DNA of 64,000 bases from Nitrosopumilus sp. (GTDB lineage Archaea; Thermoproteota; Nitrososphaeria; Nitrososphaerales; Nitrosopumilaceae), in the NCBI GenBank assembly GCA_965207445.1, contig CBDBLX010000002.1, positions 1,207,849-1,271,848 of the forward strand. The letters run 5' to 3'. Below the pieces are notes generated by a model. The model ran no database searches. It was not told the origin of the DNA and worked only from the letters and a program-made list of their open reading frames with translations. Each line of letters starts with the position of its first letter. Positions within the stretch are counted from its first letter, which is position 1. Shown here piece after piece: positions 63,936 to 64,000 of this stretch. A program made the translations under genes and the position numbers.

Positions 63936-64000
63936 GTGTGAACCAAGATCCATGACTAATATAATTATTCAAAAATAGATTCTGGCCAAATGCCGCGCAT
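63936..64000 (-). mobile_element. MITE-B copy, running off the window end
   Basis: gtgtgaaccaa...attcaaaaata...ggccaaatg matches the reverse complement of the right part of 14264-14412. Confidence 0.7.

Overview
Archaeal window, most likely Nitrososphaerota (Thaumarchaeota, Nitrosopumilaceae-like). The evidence is PEFG-CTERM surface proteins, an FTR1 permease, and an archaeal S10/spc ribosomal cluster with S4e and Rpp29 but no L2. The AT-rich core (CNNM/CBS protein, Ca/Na antiporter, FTR1, Ni transporter, hydantoinase, tRNA-Asn, ribosomal operon, ksgA) is interleaved with many mobile elements. These include two intact IS66-family elements, an IS5-like element and an IS6-family element, all with terminal inverted repeats (TIRs) and target-site duplications (TSDs). 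There are also two MITE families matching the two IS66 elements, and ISH3 and IS630 remnants. Main observations: (1) two GC-rich paralogous secreted Calx-beta-like repeat genes each carry a long C or G homopolymer between a plausible start codon and the signal peptide, both out of frame here, so they are candidate phase-variable loci in an archaeon; (2) uL4, uL24 and uL5 carry long acidic, microsatellite-derived extensions; (3) four MNT-HEPN modules sit in collapsed remnants of a helicase/DUF1156/DUF499 restriction-like operon, and all four HEPN toxins are broken, as is a PIN toxin split by IS66. Family assignments come from motif recognition, not database searches.
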